Source: a virus
IMG/VR virus record: IMGVR_UViG_3300036715_002161
Location: 74,037-138,036 of that record
Strand: one strand, 5' to 3'
Length of the DNA: 64,000 bases
Part shown: positions 36,094-46,224 of the stretch, piece by piece
Layout: every line of letters starts with the position of its first letter
Numbering within the stretch: the stretch's first letter is position 1
Notes under the pieces: generated by a model
The model's input: only the letters and a program-made list of their open reading frames with translations
Told to the model about the DNA's origin: nothing
Database searches by the model: none
Program-made: the position numbers and the translations under genes

Positions 36094-36324
36094 TTAAGTT
36101 TTAGGTTTTCTTACCCGGCGGACCACCAATGGCCCAAAGGTAAAATTAATGGTTAGAAATTTGGCATCATAGGCAGCTCTTATTGCATCAAAATCAGAAT
36201 CTGCCTTAACTACACCAAGCCTTGGAAGGGGACCCCATTTGGGTTTCCAATAATCTGGAAACACATCATAGGTATAAGTAAATCCCCGGTACCTACTAGA
36301 GTAATACTTTACTGTTGGCTGCAT
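36094..36324 (-). CDS. Hypothetical protein
   Basis: Packed ORF on the coding strand. Confidence 0.55.
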   Translation of the reverse strand: MQPTVKYYSSRYRGFTYTYDVFPDYWKPKWGPLPRLGVVKADSDFDAIRAAYDAKFLTINFTFGPLVVRRVRKPKT

Positions 36325-36378
36325 GTTAATACTTAAAATCTGGGAGAATTCCCAGTTCCAAGAATAATACGTAATACA

Positions 36379-36924
36379 CTACTTGTCAATGATTACTTTC
36401 CAATAAGACTTAGATTTTTCTGCATATACAACAAGTCCTTCTGGTCTCATAAAACCAGGAGAAGCCATGGAGCCATCAGTTTCAAGCCGGGTTCTACACT
36501 CAGAAATCCCCTTATTTAATTCTTCTTGGCAAGATTCAGCCATGTATGGAATATTATGGCAGCACAGGCTTTTCTTAGTAGGGTTGAAAAGACTAAATCG
36601 TTTTTCAGTAAGTTCATACCCCCGGTTTATACTCTGCCCCCACCATTCACCAAAATGGTGACCTACTCCTAGGTCAAGTATAAGTTGCTCGGCATTTTTG
36701 GCTACCCAGGACCCCAGGCCATAGTGATCAACTTCAAGACTTAATAGTCTACTACGGCTTTGAGCTCCTATATAATAGGTAAGTCCTTCTACTTCAAGAT
36801 GATTTATAAACGTATCAAAAGCCTCCTGCTGTATTACTATACAGGCATTTGTGCCATCTATCTTTTCTGTAATATGAAATACTTCATTTTCTAATCTTGG
36901 TATTTTTGGCCAAGCAATAAACAC
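36379..36924 (-). CDS. RNA ligase (Rnl2-like nucleotidyltransferase domain)
   Basis: WPKIPR, TEKIDGTNA, QSRSR, FGEWWG, PEGLVV. Confidence 0.85.
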   Translation of the reverse strand: MFIAWPKIPRLENEVFHITEKIDGTNACIVIQQEAFDTFINHLEVEGLTYYIGAQSRSRLLSLEVDHYGLGSWVAKNAEQLILDLGVGHHFGEWWGQSINRGYELTEKRFSLFNPTKKSLCCHNIPYMAESCQEELNKGISECRTRLETDGSMASPGFMRPEGLVVYAEKSKSYWKVIIDK

Positions 36925-36933
36925 TTATCTCTC

Positions 36934-37125
36934 CTATACAATTAGGTGTTTTTCAATTTTCGGCACTGAATAGTCTTGTAACTCCTCTACTAAAATGTAC
37001 TTGTTAAGTCTACGGGCGGCGGCCATTACTATCTTCTCTTCGCTAAGGCCCAACCCGCCCCTTACTACGGTATAGTCAAGGACCTTAATCAAATCTGATT
37101 TCAAGTTGTGCGCTGTCTGGTTCAT
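36934..37125 (-). CDS. Hypothetical protein
   Basis: Packed ORF. Confidence 0.45.
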   Translation of the reverse strand: MNQTAHNLKSDLIKVLDYTVVRGGLGLSEEKIVMAAARRLNKYILVEELQDYSVPKIEKHLIV

Positions 37126-37324
37126 GTTGTGGGTTCTCTATAGTTTTTCCCAAGGCTTTATCGATAGAATTTGAATGGTACAATTTAAGTATCAAGTCCT
37201 CCTGGAAATGAATCTTCTTGGCGGCCTCTTCTAAAAGATCGCTGATTCTGTCTGGCTCACCTCTAGGAATACTTCTACGAATTTCCTCCCTTTTAAGTAG
37301 GCGGTAGACCAAGTCATCCTCCAT
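37085..37324 (-). CDS. Hypothetical protein
   Basis: DLVYRL...DRISDLLEEAA pattern common in phage small proteins. Confidence 0.55.
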   Translation of the reverse strand: MEDDLVYRLLKREEIRRSIPRGEPDRISDLLEEAAKKIHFQEDLILKLYHSNSIDKALGKTIENPQHEPDSAQLEIRFD

Positions 37325-37891
37325 TTAATTACTCCTAAGACCTGTAACAGATGCAGAAATATTTAAATAGGCGTTTTGTGTCCCTTGAGAATTACTGATA
37401 AATCCTTTGGTAAAATCTCTGGCAATACCGTAGGACTGACCTACTGCAAAGGCATCTTGGTTTGCGGCCAGGAATACTACGGTCCAACCTTCTCCCTGCT
37501 TTGTCTCAATTAGCTGTTTGACCTGAGAGGTTGTAAACTCCTTGCTGGCATTTTCCCCACCATCAGTAAGAATACAAAGAATTACCTTGTCAGCCCAATC
37601 TTCCGCTTTGATACGAACTGCCTGTTCGTTAATTAGTTTGCCTAGGGAGTCCAAAAGAGCCGTAGACCCTCTGGGGACAAAAGTCTCACAGGTCAAGTCA
37701 GTAGCTTCACTCAGTTTTTTACCCTGGTAAACGTATTCGAAAAAGTCATCAAACAGGGCCAAGGTCATACGAGCCTTCCCCTTAACTTCTCTCTGATCTT
37801 TTAAAAAAGTGTTAAATCCCCCAATGGCATCCTCTGCTATTATGGCCATGGATCCACTACGATCAATAAGTGTAAGTATTTCAGTTTTCAT
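37325..37891 (-). CDS. von Willebrand factor A domain protein
   Basis: MIDAS DRSGSM, PRGSTALLD, LTDGGENAS; likely start MKTEIL at 37891. Confidence 0.9.
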   Translation of the reverse strand: MKTEILTLIDRSGSMAIIAEDAIGGFNTFLKDQREVKGKARMTLALFDDFFEYVYQGKKLSEATDLTCETFVPRGSTALLDSLGKLINEQAVRIKAEDWADKVILCILTDGGENASKEFTTSQVKQLIETKQGEGWTVVFLAANQDAFAVGQSYGIARDFTKGFISNSQGTQNAYLNISASVTGLRSN

Positions 37892-37892
37892 T

Positions 37893-38141
37893 TTAGCTAT
37901 TCTCTGGGTGCATAGATTCATATTCTTCAATGGCAAAGTCCCATCCGTCCCAATTATCAACCCCTGCATTTCTAAGACAATACAGAAGGTCAGAGTCAGT
38001 ATAAGCCTCCTCTATTTCTTCAGCTAAGCCATCCAATCTTTCCTGGAAGGTATGTACCATATCCATTACTTCTGAGCTCAACTCCAGCTTACTAAGTTCA
38101 GCCTGTAATTCTGTGTATTCCAGCAACATATCTTTAATCAT
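37893..38141 (-). CDS. Hypothetical protein
   Basis: LRNAGVDNWDGWDFA motif widespread in phage small proteins. Confidence 0.7.
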   Translation of the reverse strand: MIKDMLLEYTELQAELSKLELSSEVMDMVHTFQERLDGLAEEIEEAYTDSDLLYCLRNAGVDNWDGWDFAIEEYESMHPENS

Positions 38142-38157
38142 ATAACTTTCTCCTAAA

Positions 38158-40956
38158 TCAGTTTCTAATAAAACTTCCTATGCTCTGCAAGGCCTCCGGG
38201 GCCTCTGTCAGATTTAATTTCAACACTCTACGAATGGTCCCGTTCATACCCATAGACTTCCTGGTCTCTTCTACAAAGTACTTAGATTCTCTTATAGAAT
38301 TATATATGGCCTGCTTGGAAAATACCTCTTCAGTATCATTTCTTTTCTCTTTGTTTACTATTCTAAAAATCTCAGAGAACCACAGATATAGAAAATCTCC
38401 TTCTTGCCGAATATGGTCCGGGGAAATTGGTGGCCTATCTCCTACCTGTAGCCCTTCTAACATTTCGAAGAATCTAATTACCATGTCGCCCTCTTCCATA
38501 TTAAGGGTTTCATTGAGACTGGCCTGGCGCATATACCCAAGATAGTCATATTCCGGAAAGTAGGTTTTGGCCAACAGATTTGCAAAATACCCGGGAATAC
38601 ACCAGTTGATTGCAGTCCTGCTTGGGACACCAAGACTTTGCATGGCATGATTCAAATCTTTGGTGCCTTTTACTATGGTCTCGGCATCAAGACGGTGGGC
38701 ATTAGCTATCCAGTGGTATCCTATACCTGACAGAATATCTTTTCTACTAGTAATCCATTCATAGCTAGTAATCTTCTCTCGACCTTCCTTGGGCACACGG
38801 ACGATAATACACCTTTGACGGGTGGCATCATCTGAAATAGTATCTTGTCCACCAAGAATAAGGGTAGACCTAACCTTCTGACTACTAGTGGCAAAAGACT
38901 CTTTGGCACCAATAGTCCTACTTATCCGGTTATAGTATCCACGCATTTTACCATAGATCTCTACCGACTCCTTATTAGCCCGTAGTTCGTCAATACAAGC
39001 TGGCAAACTTGAAAAATAGGCCATCTTTCTACCCCAGCCCACACCTGAGTTCATATTAGGAACAGTAATCAATCTTGCCTCTGGTGGGCCGAATAGGCTA
39101 AGTAACCAACTAAGGACTGTACTTTTACCACGGTCCTTATCTCCCCATAGCATTAAAAAGGGGAAACCATCTCCAATACGACTGAACAAAAGATTACTAT
39201 ATACTGAGCTCCAACAGAAGCCAACGCTGGTCAGAGCTTCTCCAAGCATGGTCCCATTACGGTTAAGGTTCAAACTAAGCTGTCTTATAAACCCCTCCAA
39301 CAAGTCTTCTGACTCTTGGACGGTAAGTCTATCATACAGGGTCAGTACCTTATTACTAAGGAATTCCCCGTCTACGTCGTGAGCAGTACTAGAATCAACC
39401 GACACCGGTTTTAGCCCGTGTTTTTCATCCGTCCAAATTACTCCTGTTTCATCGGCAACATACTTTACTCCCAGGTCATTTATAAAATAGTCTTTGAACA
39501 ACCATCCTTTTAAGGCTTCATGTCTGCCAATAATCTCCGGTATATGGACGACCCTTTCTGTTCCTTGAGAATATACGTATTCCCAAAGAGAGGTAAGATC
39601 CTCTTCTTTGCCATAATAACTGGCATCGGCTGCATTGGCCACCAAGGTTTTGAATAGCTTGGTTGAGACTTTGGCCTCTGACGGGATTATTAAGGGCTCA
39701 CTTACATAACCATTATCCTTGGTCAAAATCATTTCTCTTTGACGTTGGCCATCTCTTATAAAGATGTTCATCAACTTCATAGTGAAATTGGTTATTTTTA
39801 CCAAGGTGGGCTCTCCGTCCTTGTAACGGATTTTATAGTAAGCTCCGTCTTTTTCAACAATACCATTGACAGTATTACTTTCTGAGGCTTGTTCCTGGGA
39901 ATAATCAGAGTCTGAAATCCCATAGTCAGGACAACTGGTTACTGCCAAGGCAGACTCAAGGGTGGCCCCGCCCTTCAGGTACTCATCAATATCTTTACCG
40001 TCCAACCGTACTTGTCTAAGAGATGAAAATGAGGTTTTGAGTTTGTTTACTTTTGTACGATAGCCATCACCAGCCGGATCAGGGTCGAACAGAGTTATGA
40101 CTTCTCTGTTGGCAAGATTGACTCGTAACCAATCAAGTTGTGTAGATGACACACTACCGATTGTGGCAATCACCCCAGATTCCCAACCAGCTTCTATTGT
40201 GGAGATAAGGTCATTTTCACCCTCTACTACAATTACCGGACCATCCAAAGTTATAGAGTCAGAATTGTAGAAACAGTGACCCCTAAGCTTATTTTTATTG
40301 GGTAACTGATACTCTAACTGCTTGAGTGGATCTTTAAATGTAAAATGACTAGTATGACTTTTAACCTTGTGGGGATAGATAAACACCTTAGAAGGTAGGA
40401 AGTCTTTGCCTCTGCGGTTTACAAGTCCAGAGGCCTTTATAAGCTCTTCATCATATCCAAGAGAAACCAAGTGTGGAACAAGTCCACCATCACTCCATCC
40501 TACCTGCATATCCCCTAAGACTTTAGGTAGATGCTTTCTCCGGTCGTGCTGAAACTCCAAAGGTGTTAACCCATTAAGTTCAGGGCAAGGGCCTGTTTCA
40601 AGTAGGATATTATGATAGTAGACTGCCGCCTGATTAAAAATACCCTGGACTGGATTATGATCTTTGGGTAGGACAACATCATACTCTGTGGACAGAAGCT
40701 TTACGGCCTCTACAGGGGTAATGGCCTTGACCTTGGCAGTCAAGGCAATCACATCTCCTGTTTCGTCACAGGAAAAGCACTTGTAGAAGGACTCCTTTTC
40801 AGTCTTCTTAATTCTAAAACAATCTCTATGATTACAAAATGGGCACTCTTTATCCTCTGGTTCAAAAGTAGATTCGCCAATGGCCCTATACTCGGTTGAA
40901 AATAACTTCTCTGCTACATCAATTATATCTACTTGGTCTTTGACCGTGGCGAACAT
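38158..40956 (-). CDS. Primase-helicase (zinc finger, TOPRIM, P-loop)
   Basis: CPFCNH...YKCFSC...GDVI; VVEGEND, FDPDPAG, KDIDEY; GDKDRGKS, CIDE. Confidence 0.9.
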   Translation of the reverse strand: MFATVKDQVDIIDVAEKLFSTEYRAIGESTFEPEDKECPFCNHRDCFRIKKTEKESFYKCFSCDETGDVIALTAKVKAITPVEAVKLLSTEYDVVLPKDHNPVQGIFNQAAVYYHNILLETGPCPELNGLTPLEFQHDRRKHLPKVLGDMQVGWSDGGLVPHLVSLGYDEELIKASGLVNRRGKDFLPSKVFIYPHKVKSHTSHFTFKDPLKQLEYQLPNKNKLRGHCFYNSDSITLDGPVIVVEGENDLISTIEAGWESGVIATIGSVSSTQLDWLRVNLANREVITLFDPDPAGDGYRTKVNKLKTSFSSLRQVRLDGKDIDEYLKGGATLESALAVTSCPDYGISDSDYSQEQASESNTVNGIVEKDGAYYKIRYKDGEPTLVKITNFTMKLMNIFIRDGQRQREMILTKDNGYVSEPLIIPSEAKVSTKLFKTLVANAADASYYGKEEDLTSLWEYVYSQGTERVVHIPEIIGRHEALKGWLFKDYFINDLGVKYVADETGVIWTDEKHGLKPVSVDSSTAHDVDGEFLSNKVLTLYDRLTVQESEDLLEGFIRQLSLNLNRNGTMLGEALTSVGFCWSSVYSNLLFSRIGDGFPFLMLWGDKDRGKSTVLSWLLSLFGPPEARLITVPNMNSGVGWGRKMAYFSSLPACIDELRANKESVEIYGKMRGYYNRISRTIGAKESFATSSQKVRSTLILGGQDTISDDATRQRCIIVRVPKEGREKITSYEWITSRKDILSGIGYHWIANAHRLDAETIVKGTKDLNHAMQSLGVPSRTAINWCIPGYFANLLAKTYFPEYDYLGYMRQASLNETLNMEEGDMVIRFFEMLEGLQVGDRPPISPDHIRQEGDFLYLWFSEIFRIVNKEKRNDTEEVFSKQAIYNSIRESKYFVEETRKSMGMNGTIRRVLKLNLTEAPEALQSIGSFIRN

Positions 40957-40961
40957 CTACT

Positions 40962-42044
40962 TCACTCCGATAATAGGGTTATTAAGGTACGCTGCCATAT
41001 GGCAGTAGATTTATCACTATAATTATTTAAGAATCTACGGTTAAGCTTATGGACTCCTACTTTTGATAAAGATAAGGCCCGCTTCATAGTAGTTACTACA
41101 CTACCTACATCATTAGGATCTGCTGCAAACATTTGATTAACCCATTTGATTTCTGGGGAAACTACCACTGGTACATGTTGGCTGACAAAATCGGCAGTGA
41201 CAATATTAAAAGTCTCTGAAAAGCTTACCTGAGTTCCTAAGTCCATGGTAGCTACCACATTTAAGAAATCATCATGGTTGTACCAATTATGAGAAATTAG
41301 TTTATGTCTTGGGTGATCTTTAAATACGGCCCTGAGATTACTCAGGACAGGGTTGCCATGCATCTCTAGTCTAGCCCCATTAATATGGAACTCCATTTTT
41401 TTTTCCAGGGAATCAGCTACCTCTATTGAGGCTAAAGCCTGTACCAGGTGATTCTTAAATGGTCTAATGGCCCCAAAACAGCCTATTTTTAAAACCCCAT
41501 TTGAAGGTAAGCAGGTAATATGTTTCTTCTCTGGGGGTATAGAGTAGATGTTTGGTAGGTATATCACTGAATTTTTACCAACAAGTCTAGGGTTAAAGCT
41601 TAAGGCCCAATTATAGGCATCATCGGCAGCGTCTTCTGAATTAAAGGCAAGCTTAATACCTTGTTCTAAGTAGCCTCTAATCCACTCAAAAATCATACCC
41701 TCAACTGCGGCAAATTCCGTATTACTATGACTGCGCACCATCCAGGTCACATGCGGGTATAGTTTTTTCAGCTCGGCAAACTTACTTGGAACTACCCAAA
41801 ACCCCTCTATTATGACAAGCTCAGGTCTAAAAGTAGAAACCTCACGATCAATACTATTATTATCTACTACATCTACAATCTTGGCCTCTACTACCTTTTT
41901 AGCATTTAGGGCATCAACTATAAAACGTACTGAGTTATACAACCCAGAACATTTAGTTGGTAAACCTACACTGCCTCCATAGTAGTCAGATGACCAACTA
42001 CTATTACGTTGTTTACATATAAATAAAACTCGTTCTTTTCTCAT
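40962..42044 (-). CDS. Glycosyltransferase (GT-B/GT4-like)
   Basis: GCFGAIRPFKNH, QVSFSETFNIVTAD...VPVVVS. Confidence 0.75.
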   Translation of the reverse strand: MRKERVLFICKQRNSSWSSDYYGGSVGLPTKCSGLYNSVRFIVDALNAKKVVEAKIVDVVDNNSIDREVSTFRPELVIIEGFWVVPSKFAELKKLYPHVTWMVRSHSNTEFAAVEGMIFEWIRGYLEQGIKLAFNSEDAADDAYNWALSFNPRLVGKNSVIYLPNIYSIPPEKKHITCLPSNGVLKIGCFGAIRPFKNHLVQALASIEVADSLEKKMEFHINGARLEMHGNPVLSNLRAVFKDHPRHKLISHNWYNHDDFLNVVATMDLGTQVSFSETFNIVTADFVSQHVPVVVSPEIKWVNQMFAADPNDVGSVVTTMKRALSLSKVGVHKLNRRFLNNYSDKSTAIWQRTLITLLSE

Positions 42045-42940
42045 TTGATTTCCTTAATCTCAAAATATCTTTTAGTTGACAATTCTATTGGCTTTAATTC
42101 ACCGGATTTGCATTCTACTCTGTAGTCGCAATATTTACAACTATTACAAGATATGTGCTTGAAGAATCCAAGGTCATCTACTCGGTCTATACTAGCCTGA
42201 ATGCCTGAGGTCAGCCCATGTAGCAGCTTTGTTTCAACTTCTTCGACAGAGGAGTATTCTCCCATTTTGGTTTGTCCAGCCCTAATGAAGTGAACTCCGG
42301 ATTGAGCTCCGGTTAATTTCTCGACACCATAATGGAATAATACCTTATAAGTGTTTAGCTGCCCTGCGAAATTCTTAACTCCCATTTCTGCCGGAGCTCC
42401 TGTCTTATGATCTATTAGAATAACGTCTTTATTTTCCAATTGAATACAGAGATCAATTACACCTCTGAAGAAGACATCTTCTCCAAAAAATCCTGTGGGC
42501 CTCCATTGGTCATCACAACCAATTCTTAGTTCAGTAAAATATCTCTTAACCTTATTAACCCTTTCGAACTCCCTTAGTTTAGAGGCGAAAGTCTCAATAC
42601 TCATTTCTAGCGTCTCTACCTGGGCTTCCCAGTAAGGGTCTAATATAGGAGTAAATTCTCTTTTAGTGGCCAAAAAAGAGTTTTGGACAGACTTACCTTG
42701 TATTACAAGTTCACAGATACGGTGGGCCGCCTTACCTACCTCAGTAACCAAGCTAAAAGGAGGTTGGGGAGTCTTAACCTTCAATATATACTTAAGGTAA
42801 AAATTAAAAGGGCAAGACTGTAACATCTTATACTTGGAAAAACTCCAGGCACCCAGGCCAAACATACCAAAATTTAAACTAGCAGGATCTTCAAAAGACG
42901 CTTGTTCTGCTTTTATAATTATTTCAGTTAAAGTTGACAT
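42041..42940 (-). CDS. PD-(D/E)XK exonuclease (RecB/Cas4-like, Cys-containing)
   Basis: WSFSK...CP, GKAAH, RGVIDL, IDHKTG, QLNTY, CKYCDYRVEC. Confidence 0.88.
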   Translation of the reverse strand: MSTLTEIIIKAEQASFEDPASLNFGMFGLGAWSFSKYKMLQSCPFNFYLKYILKVKTPQPPFSLVTEVGKAAHRICELVIQGKSVQNSFLATKREFTPILDPYWEAQVETLEMSIETFASKLREFERVNKVKRYFTELRIGCDDQWRPTGFFGEDVFFRGVIDLCIQLENKDVILIDHKTGAPAEMGVKNFAGQLNTYKVLFHYGVEKLTGAQSGVHFIRAGQTKMGEYSSVEEVETKLLHGLTSGIQASIDRVDDLGFFKHISCNSCKYCDYRVECKSGELKPIELSTKRYFEIKEIK

Positions 42941-43354
42941 CTAATGTTTACTTCCTTTTGTGTCAAATACTAGTCCACCATGTTGTACTACCTCGGCCAA
43001 CTTTTCAGTTAATTCCTCAGTAGATTTTTGCTCATACTGCTCCGTAGTGGTAGTCTTGATATATTTAGAATACATATTACTGTATTCTGGTCTTAAGAAC
43101 ATAACCCATTTCACATTAGATTTCAGTAATCTGAGATAGACTTGATCTCTTATATACGGTTCTACCGTCTTCACCCCATCTCTTAAAATGACAATGGCGG
43201 GCAAGGTTAGTAAAAAAGAGTCTTCGGTTTCTTCAAGTAATACAGCCATAAAATTAGTATCATCTTTATCTCCCAGGACAAAGGCTCTTGGACCTGGCTT
43301 ACTGGAGAAAAGTAATATATCTACTGGCTCTGTTTCAGATACATCTTCGGTCAT
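42941..43354 (-). CDS. Hypothetical protein
   Basis: Packed ORF with AAGGA RBS. Confidence 0.6.
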   Translation of the reverse strand: MTEDVSETEPVDILLFSSKPGPRAFVLGDKDDTNFMAVLLEETEDSFLLTLPAIVILRDGVKTVEPYIRDQVYLRLLKSNVKWVMFLRPEYSNMYSKYIKTTTTEQYEQKSTEELTEKLAEVVQHGGLVFDTKGSKH

Positions 43355-43397
43355 ATACTTCCTTTAATAAATGCACTGGCCTGCATTCATTTTTAAT

Positions 43398-44246
43398 TTA
43401 CATAGTGTACTTGCTAGATCCAGAAACGGCAGCCGTTACTTCTGGCTCCAAAACTTGAACAGTGGTCACTTCAGACTCATCCAATTCCATGTGGCTAGGC
43501 AGGGCCATAGGGGTTGCACTGGTCAGACTTTTGACGTAATCATAGAATTTGGCCAGGGACTCTTCCCGATTTGCACTAATCTGATCGAACAATTCTTGAA
43601 GGAATGGTAGTGAATCTTTGGCCGAGGTGGTGTCATTAGCCGCCAATAGCACTTCCACATTCTTTGACTTTTTAGAAGTCTCGGTAGTAAGAGTATATTG
43701 ACGTTTATAAGTAGAAACACCGTTCTTAGACATCAAACTCATCCAGGCAGTACCGTTGGAATAGTTCGACTTACTAAAGTTTACCATAAATACTTTGTCC
43801 AATTCTGGCGTGGTGGCCATTACTGTTACAGTAGTATTACACTGACTTTTATTGTTCTCTTCGTCAAATTTAGAATACTGGCAGCTTGAGCAATTACCAA
43901 ACCGGAACCCAACCTTTGTGTCCTGACTACTGCAAATTACACGACTATTATTTTGATCTGGATCCCAGTATTGACGACCTTTCCATGCTCGAAGTGGAAT
44001 TACCGTCAGAGGCTGTTCAAATACCGTATCACGAATGACTATAGAACCAATTACAGCCGACTTGGGGAGCTTGGAGCGGTCGCTTGTGCCTTGGACTACT
44101 TTAAGGGAGTCTGGACGCCACTCAATTGGGTTATCGCCAATCCCCTCTACTACTTCCCCCATTTTAGAGACAAGCTCTGCGGCACCGGCCTTGATTTTTG
44201 CAGGTAGGGTCGTTGCCAGTTCTGCTAATTTATCTAAGTTTTTCAT
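43398..44246 (-). CDS. Putative ssDNA-binding/recombination protein
   Basis: Near exonuclease and primase; LKVVQGTS, Cys cluster, acidic C-terminal tail. Confidence 0.5.
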   Translation of the reverse strand: MKNLDKLAELATTLPAKIKAGAAELVSKMGEVVEGIGDNPIEWRPDSLKVVQGTSDRSKLPKSAVIGSIVIRDTVFEQPLTVIPLRAWKGRQYWDPDQNNSRVICSSQDTKVGFRFGNCSSCQYSKFDEENNKSQCNTTVTVMATTPELDKVFMVNFSKSNYSNGTAWMSLMSKNGVSTYKRQYTLTTETSKKSKNVEVLLAANDTTSAKDSLPFLQELFDQISANREESLAKFYDYVKSLTSATPMALPSHMELDESEVTTVQVLEPEVTAAVSGSSKYTM

Positions 44247-44429
44247 TTAATTTTCCTGTAATGTAAAAAAGTTACTATTGATTGCTTCTGCTAATTCAGT
44301 CAGAGTAAACCCCCAGGAGTCCTGGAGCCTATCGCTGACCACCCCTTGGTGAAAAAGAATAAGGTCTGATTCTGTTATGATCGGTGACCCAGACTTCTCC
44401 ATCATACTAGTTATACCATCATTATTCAT
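44247..44429 (-). CDS. Hypothetical protein
   Basis: Packed ORF. Confidence 0.5.
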   Translation of the reverse strand: MNNDGITSMMEKSGSPIITESDLILFHQGVVSDRLQDSWGFTLTELAEAINSNFFTLQEN

Positions 44430-44434
44430 AATGT

Positions 44435-44620
44435 TTAACTGATATTAAATTGTACTTCAAACGAACGTGAGTCTAGATAGCCACCACGTTTAGGATCTGA
44501 TCCCATCATTAAGGAGTAGACTTCGTCTAATTCTTGGAGGGCCTGTTCCGAGGTCTCTCTTGAAGTTAAGACCAATCTATGTTCTTTATCTGATATTTTC
44601 AGAAGTTCTACTTTAATCAT
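44435..44620 (-). CDS. Hypothetical protein
   Basis: Packed ORF. Confidence 0.5.
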   Translation of the reverse strand: MIKVELLKISDKEHRLVLTSRETSEQALQELDEVYSLMMGSDPKRGGYLDSRSFEVQFNIS

Positions 44621-44641
44621 TTCTCGCTTTCTTTAAAAAGT

Positions 44642-45793
44642 CTATTCTACAGGGGTAGTATCATATGTCAAGATAAATATCTTATCTCTATACTTAATGG
44701 CCCATTCTTTCCAATTTATTTCTCTGGTCTGGAATCCACCCCCCGGCGGGTTTTCATTCAAGTATAAATTCATAAGCATACCCATGACTTCTGGCATTTC
44801 TGTCTGGGCCTTTATGGCAAATTCTTTCCGGCCCAAGGTTTTGTTCTGATCAAAGAAGTGTTCAGTACGGCTTACCCATCCATTAAAAATAGGTAATATG
44901 ACATTCTCCATTTCCTGAACCATATTCAGGGCAGCTGGGTCGTCCCAGAACATTGCTCGAAGGTCGTCAGCCCCCTCATTGATGACTACTTCAAAAAGCC
45001 TGGATGGGCAGGTAATACTATCTTTAGTCTTATGAAGGGTCAGGTACTTTGTATTTTTAACCTTTACATTATAAGTAGACCCATCAGCCTGGGCTATTTT
45101 TATTACGTAACCTTCTCCAGAGGTCTCGGCCCGGATGTCATCTACTACTTTCTGCTGCTGAAGTCCTGGCTGGTAGATGGTAAAGTCCACCATTCTACAT
45201 AGGTCAATACCAAGTATAGACAAGAGTTCTGTGTCAATAGTATCTCCCGAGTCTTTATCTCTTAGCTGTAATACGGTCAACCTTTCATCTTGATATGGCA
45301 CCACAATCCTGTTTGTAGGAGAGGTGTATTCCATATTAGTGGTAAACCCTAAAAGCTCTAAGTTTAGAATGATTTGTTTGAAAGATGCATTATTTGGCTG
45401 ATCTAAAAAAGCCATGGCAGCTAAGGCCTGGTCTGATTCCAAGGAGCCTTTGGACTTAAGAAAAAGCTCTCCCTCCAATAAGTAGCTGGAGATAAGAGAA
45501 CCGTCCATTTTTACCATTTGACATAAAAACTCGCCCTGAGTATGATCTACTCCACCCTCTTCGTAGTTGAAGAATTTTTCCATCGGTAGACTTATCAACT
45601 TAACATTTTCCGGGTCGGTGATGTCAAACATAGTCCCTCTACAATTCTTGGCTCCAGGCCTTTGAAATTCTGTCCAAGAAGACAGCCTATAATTAAAAAT
45701 CCTCAGGGTTCTATTTAGCTTAAAAAAGTCTTTGAAGAAAAAAGGACTTTCGTCCCCCACCAGGTTCATCAAATCTATATATAATGTTTTCAT
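44642..45793 (-). CDS. T4 Rnl1-like RNA ligase
   Basis: CRGTMF, PMEKFFNYEE, KMDGSLI, EYTSPTNRIVV, EGYVI, KVKNTKY. Confidence 0.9.
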   Translation of the reverse strand: MKTLYIDLMNLVGDESPFFFKDFFKLNRTLRIFNYRLSSWTEFQRPGAKNCRGTMFDITDPENVKLISLPMEKFFNYEEGGVDHTQGEFLCQMVKMDGSLISSYLLEGELFLKSKGSLESDQALAAMAFLDQPNNASFKQIILNLELLGFTTNMEYTSPTNRIVVPYQDERLTVLQLRDKDSGDTIDTELLSILGIDLCRMVDFTIYQPGLQQQKVVDDIRAETSGEGYVIKIAQADGSTYNVKVKNTKYLTLHKTKDSITCPSRLFEVVINEGADDLRAMFWDDPAALNMVQEMENVILPIFNGWVSRTEHFFDQNKTLGRKEFAIKAQTEMPEVMGMLMNLYLNENPPGGGFQTREINWKEWAIKYRDKIFILTYDTTPVE

Positions 45794-46224
45794 TTACACT
45801 CCAAAGGCCCAACCCATTTTTCATAGGCTGCAACCCAATTTTGAGAAATTTCTTTTTGGGCCTCTACCAAAGTAATTTTGCCACTACAGACAAGCCTGTT
45901 CAACTTGGTCTCTATGACGTCCTTTTTTCTGGCGCCACAAATCCCTGCATACAGCTGAGGCTGTAGATTACCAATGTCTGTTGGGTGTCCACCTAGCCCT
46001 AGGTTTTCTACGTGGTCTTCTTCATAATCGGCTAGATTTTTATCAGGTAGATTCCGGGCCTTTATCTGGGCTACCTTTACCCTATTAGTATAACTAACTG
46101 GTGGTCTTATCGTCTCAGTCCAGCCGACAACACAGATGGTGGAGTGAATATTTTCCTGATTAACGGCTGGATTACTAACCCCAGGAGAAAGTAATAAGTT
46201 TCCTACTAATAATAAAGTTTTCAA
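45790..46224 (-). CDS. HNH-like protein with hydrophobic N-terminus
   Basis: TICVVGWTETIRPP, YEEDH...LGGHP...NLQPQ, KKD.IE..L..LVC. Confidence 0.65.
   Translation of the reverse strand: MKTLLLVGNLLLSPGVSNPAVNQENIHSTICVVGWTETIRPPVSYTNRVKVAQIKARNLPDKNLADYEEDHVENLGLGGHPTDIGNLQPQLYAGICGARKKDVIETKLNRLVCSGKITLVEAQKEISQNWVAAYEKWVGPLECK

Noticed and set aside
42041-42940. Cas4-like nuclease as evidence of a CRISPR-Cas system
   Set aside because: No array or other cas genes; stand-alone PD-(D/E)XK exonucleases are routine in phage replication modules.
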